Of a stretch of DNA of 64,000 bases, positions 59,401 to 64,000 are shown in pieces. The notes beneath the pieces are model-generated. The model worked only from the letters and a program-made list of their open reading frames with translations, ran no database searches and was not told the DNA's origin. The DNA is from Chlorokybus atmophyticus. Taxonomy: Eukaryota; Plantae; Mesostigma and Chlorokybus algae. Positions within the stretch are counted from its first letter, which is position 1. Each line of letters starts with the position of its first letter. The DNA lies in NCBI GenBank assembly GCA_009103225.1, contig RHPI01002503.1:180391-244390 (forward strand), in the 5' to 3' direction. The translations under genes were made by a program, and so were the position numbers.

Positions 59401-62400
59401 AATGGCGAGCACGTCCCCTTTACCTTCTCCTTAGACCGCTCTTCCTACGACACGGGCGAGTCCTCCCACCCCACCTCAACAACAACACCTTTACTAACCT
59501 TCTCCCCTTCATCCGGCACGGTCCCCCCCAACTCCTCCCTCCCGATCGAGGTCCTCTTCGCCCCCGCCCACGAGCGCGCCTTCAACTTCAACGTCACGTG
59601 CGCCGTGCGCAAGAAGCCCGCCAAGCTGTCGCTCAACATCAAGGGGGAGGGGTACGCCATACACGACAGTCTGGTGGTGGAGATGGCGGACGGGCAAGCG
59701 GTGCAGCTGGGGAGTGCGAGTGTGAATCAGCTGGATTTTGGACAGGTATGTATGTTTCTACACACATGGGAGGATGGCAACTTCTATGCTAATGGCTTGC
59801 ATTGCAACTGTTGTGTTCAGGTGCTTATCAATGAGAAGAGCAGCAAGAAGCTGTTTTTGGTCAATGCTGGAAGTATCAACTTTGACTTCGTGTGGGACAT
59901 CGGCAAGTAAGCGTGCCACAACAGAACTTTGCGTGTGTGCATATGTACGTGTGTACGTATTCGCATGCATGCACGTGCGCACGTGCGTGTCCGTGTGCAC
60001 TAGCGCGTGCGTGTGTGCGTGTGTCTCCTTGTGTGCATGCACGCGCGTTGCTGTCTTCACATGCTCACGCATGTCCTCCAACAGTGCTGCCTCCGTGACG
60101 GTCTCTCCCGCCGCCGGCACCGTCTCCAAAGGCGACCGCATCCCCATCGACCTCACCTTCTCTCCCCGTTTCCCTGAGTCCCTCGACGCCCTTGTCGCCT
60201 GCGCCGTCGTCAACAGCCGCCGCTACCGAATCCGTCTCGCCGGCGTGGGACACAGACCCAAACTCGCCTTCTCGTTCACGCACCACGACTTCGGCCTTTG
60301 CTTCATCGACCAACCGGGACTGATAGCAAAACAAGCGACTCTAGTAGTATCTAACGACGACACCGCAGACATCTCCTTCGACCTTGTATCAGAACCATCT
60401 CCCCACATCAAGATCACATCAACACCAACTGTTCTCTCACCTGGTTCACGAGTGTCTATCCCAGTTGTGTTCACGCCTCAAGCGGCGGCGGCGTATAGAG
60501 AGATCGCCTCCTTTGACGTGAACGGCCTCTTCACGGTGAATGTTGTGTTTACGGGTGAGGGGACTCCGTTGAAAGTGGAGTTGTTGGACCCCGTCGCGCA
60601 GAAGAACCTGCAGTTCGGGGCGGTGAGGCCGGGACACGAGGTGGTGAGAGTGGTGAAGGTGGTGAATAGGAGCAGGATCGCGGCCACGGTGTCGATGAGA
60701 TCGTCGTTGGCAACCATGGAGAGATATGCGATAGCGCTGCGAAACGCCAAAGACACCTTCACGATCAAGTGAGTGTGCTCTTGCTGGTATGTGTGTGTGT
60801 GTGTGCGCGTGTGACTGAGTCTGCATGCGCGCGTGTGCTGGTGACTGTGAACGGGCTTGTGCATGAGCATGCGAGTGAGCGTCTGCGAACAGGCAGGACT
60901 ACTTGTGTGTGAGTGTGTGTGCGTACTTGCGCATGCGCGAGTGTGTGTGCGGACGTGTGTGCGGGCGGGCGGGTGCACGCGCGCACTCGTGTGCGTGTGT
61001 CTCTATGCACACGCACATGCTAATCCTCCTCTCCGCCCGCAGACCCAAGGACGTCCTCTCCCTCGACCTTTCTTTCCACCCCCTCCAGCGCACCCGCCCT
61101 TTCTCCGAGGACCTCCTCGTCGAGGTCGCGGGCGTCTCCTTCCCCCTCCTGACGATGTCCGGCGCCTGTCTGGGGATTGAGGTCAAGCTCGCGGGGGAGA
61201 GCCTCCCCTTCGGGACCGTCGTCGATGGGGCGAGAGCGACGAAAAGGATCCAGCTGGAGAATACGGGAGACGTGAGGACAAAGTTTACGTGGGTGAGTGA
61301 CAGTGAGTGAGTGGGTGGGTGGGCGTGTAGGTGATCGCGCATCTCTGCATGCCACAAACACACACACACACACTCACACACACACATATACACATGCACG
61401 CGTGGGCATCTGCGTGCAGAGCCTGCGCGCGTGTGTGCGTGCCTGTGAGTCTGCTGTCATGCTGCTAAAGAGCACCACTTGAAGCAAGACTAACAACGCA
61501 TTCACACATGCACAGGATGTATCAAGTCTCGCCCCCCACTTCAGCATCTCCCCCAGCGACGGTTACGTGGTCCCCAACGGCGACGCGGTCCTCGAGGTCT
61601 CTTTCCACCCTTCCGGTCCCGACCCCGACATACGCGTGGAGCGCGTGGAGTGTAGGATTGACGGCGGGGTCACGCAGCACCTCACGCTGACGGGGGCGTG
61701 CGCTCCCAGGAGTCAAAATAAGGAGACGGTCGAGTTCACGGCGCCGGCCAGGGGGACCATGGCGAAGAAGCTGAGGGTGGTGAATGGGAGTAGTGGGGAG
61801 TGGGTAGTGAGACCGACGGTGTCGCCGTCCGAACACTGGGCGGGCGCAAGCGAGGTAAGCAACTCTCTTGAAGCAATGCACTGTTCAGAGTGAACCGATG
61901 ATCACACACTTGGGCATGGTAGTCGTAGTAGTCGTGTCTGCTTTGCTGGTACTGCTGCTACCACAACCAACATGCCGCTGTCAGCGATAGCGACGGTTCT
62001 GGCTATGGTAGTAGCAACACCAGTACTACTGGTGTCACAACGTTCACTAATGCTGCCTCCACTACAACTAGCTATAACAGCTTCAGCGACTGCTTGCACA
62101 GCTCACACTCTTGAGTTCAGTCAACTCAGTCCACTCCTGCAATAGTATCCTGTAGACACCACTGAACTTCACCTCTCTGTGCAGGTGCTTGTAGTGCCTG
62201 CGGGCGGTGCCGCCGAGTACGCCGTCACCTACCGCCCATCCACTATGTCCACCTCCTCATCCCCTCACCTCGGCACGGCCTTCTTCCCCCTCCCCGACGG
62301 CACAGCGATCCTCTACGGTCTCTCCGGCGTAGCCACGGAGCCTCTCTCCGCGGGACCCGTCGTCAAACACGTCTTCAAAGCCAAATCAGCGGAGAAGGTG

Positions 62401-63623
62401 GCTCTGATGGTGGCCAACTGGATGAGTAGACCGCAGCGGTTTCGGGTTGTGGTGGATGTGGAGCCAACGTCCACGTCGTCGTTGTCGTCGTCGACGTCGT
62501 TGAAAGGTGTGGAGTATATCGACGTGCCGGCGTTGTCGGCGCGCGAGGCTACGCTACGGTTTTATGCGTTTATAGAAGGGGTGACTAAGGCGAAGGTGAC
62601 TTTCATCAACGAGGACACGGGAGAGTACTTGTGGTATACTGTTGAGATTACTGCTTCAGCTCCAGGGATAGTTGAAGAAAAGACACTCGAGTGTCCCGTG
62701 CGCCAACGTGTGATGGAACGGATATCCATCACAAACCCGCTTGGAACCGATGTATCACTCAAAGTTAAGTGCGACAGCGGGGCGATATCGGTCTCGGACT
62801 CCTTATATATCAAAGCCAGCAGCGAGGGCGCCCTCGATATTGCCTTCAGACCCCTGCTTGCATCCGCATCGGACGCATCCCTCGTGTGCGAGTGCCCCGA
62901 ACTCGGCCGATATCAGTACCTACTTCATCTCAAGGGCGCACCCGCTGGACTCGAGCGAGTAATCAACTTCAACGTGCCGTTGGGTGGGAGGCAAACCCAA
63001 CCCTTCCGTTTCATGCACTACCTGAATGCCAAGGCGGAGTACGCGTGTCGGTTCGGCAACAAGGGACAGTCGGGCTTTGAGGTGGACCCGACGGTGGTCG
63101 GACACGCAGCGGGACCCGAGGGAATTGAGGTCGAGGTTGACATTGCCTTCGAACCCACGCGGATCGGAGACTACTTCCAGGATGTGCTCACGGTGTCCAA
63201 CAATGAAGCAGGAGAACACGTCGTGCCCGTCACGGGACACTGCATCCCTCCCAAACCACAAGTAAAAACCGCATCACTATAGTTGACGTGTGTGTCCTCA
63301 ACACACACGCACAGACGCACGAGCACGCACATACACACACACTCTAACTCTCTCCCCTACAGGGTCCCTTCACAATTAAGGCACAGGGGTCTTCAATCTC
63401 CTTCAAGAACGTGTTTGCGAAGCAGGTCGACTTCACGTTGGCGGTGGACAACCCCGCGTTCACGGTGAGCAAGAAGGAGACCATCACGCCCAAGAAGACC
63501 GTCTCGCTGGCCGTCTCCTACAAGCCCGTCGCTGGCCAGCCCGCGAACGCAACCAATGGCAAACTTATCGTCACGTGCGCTGAGAGTCCAGCGCCGTGGG
63601 TGTTCTACCTGCAGGGGCAGTAG
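44463..63623 (+). CDS. HYDIN: HYDIN, axonemal central-pair protein (very large, many exons; first exon less certain)
   Basis: The N-terminus IVELLDIAEYTHQ...LFQPFPAQITFANYQPFQEYKATLRLRNND is followed by serial ASH/Ig-like repeats: YPLEGDIWP, LDFGSCFL, FDILPFRGTIPPG, CKGVCAYPQIS, YVVSKGVFDFGPLLAGK, PWCHFDLPDSNYL, RRFFVLNPTSISYEFHW and LPFGTVV...RIQLENTGDV. An adenylate-kinase-like segment lies near 52710-53260. The protein ends PWVFYLQGQ* at 63621-63623. Confidence 0.95.
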
Positions 63624-64000
63624 AAGAGAAGAAGTAGTAGTAGTAGTAGTAGTAGTTTGTATGGTAGACACATTCTTTGTGTAGGAAAGAGTTTAGTGCT
63701 CAGCGCTTTGTACAGTTGTATGGGGACCACATGCGGAGTATGGCAGGTAAAGTGCGAGCGCATTGGCTTGCTTGTTCATCAATGATATCTACGATGGCTT
63801 ACAATGTTGCTACATGCAACTTGTGGTGATGTGATCTCAGGTGTAACTGTCTGTCCGGCAAATCAACACGTTGCACATTGTCATTCACTCTGCCTACATT
63901 TGTGCGCATGCGCGTGTTCCCAGATGTGCCTCGTCTACTGCATGGGTATGTTGCTTGCTCTGCATCACCACACTCGACAACAGCAGGTAATGTCAACATA

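Noticed and set aside
38793-63623. EFCAB9-like and HYDIN as a flagellar gene cluster
   Set aside because: They are separated by the unrelated plastid gene NDC1, and proximity of two flagellar genes in a gene-dense genome is plausible by chance.

Overview
Eukaryotic nuclear DNA from a flagellated, plastid-bearing alga. It is most consistent with an early-diverging green-lineage or streptophyte alga, which is inferred from plant-like NPC1, NDC1, lipase and GFA genes, a cyanobacterial-type GyrB with a transit peptide, and HYDIN. The window is gene-dense with many short introns, mostly GT-AG and at least five GC-AG. Thirteen protein-coding genes were reconstructed by hand-splicing: NPC1 with a C-terminal RING domain (+), NHP2 (-), class 3 lipase (+), GFA/CENP-V-like (-), an intronless prokaryote-type cupin (+), a highly divergent DDB1-like protein (-), organellar gyrB (+), an aldo-keto reductase (-), a CENP-N/Chl4 homolog (-), an unknown putative plastid membrane protein (-), an EFCAB9-like EF-hand protein (+), NDC1-type NDH-2 (-) and HYDIN (+, about 19 kb). 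There is also an N gap, a poly-G artefact, an AT-rich island with a decayed reading frame, and two long hairpins. The top candidate for a new system is the NPC1 sterol transporter fused in frame to a cytosolic C3HC4 RING. Next are the EFCAB9 (CatSper subunit) and CENP-N (CCAN) homologs, whose complexes are generally considered absent from land plants, and a DDB1 paralog. All family assignments come from recalled motifs, not database searches, and exon boundaries are manual predictions.
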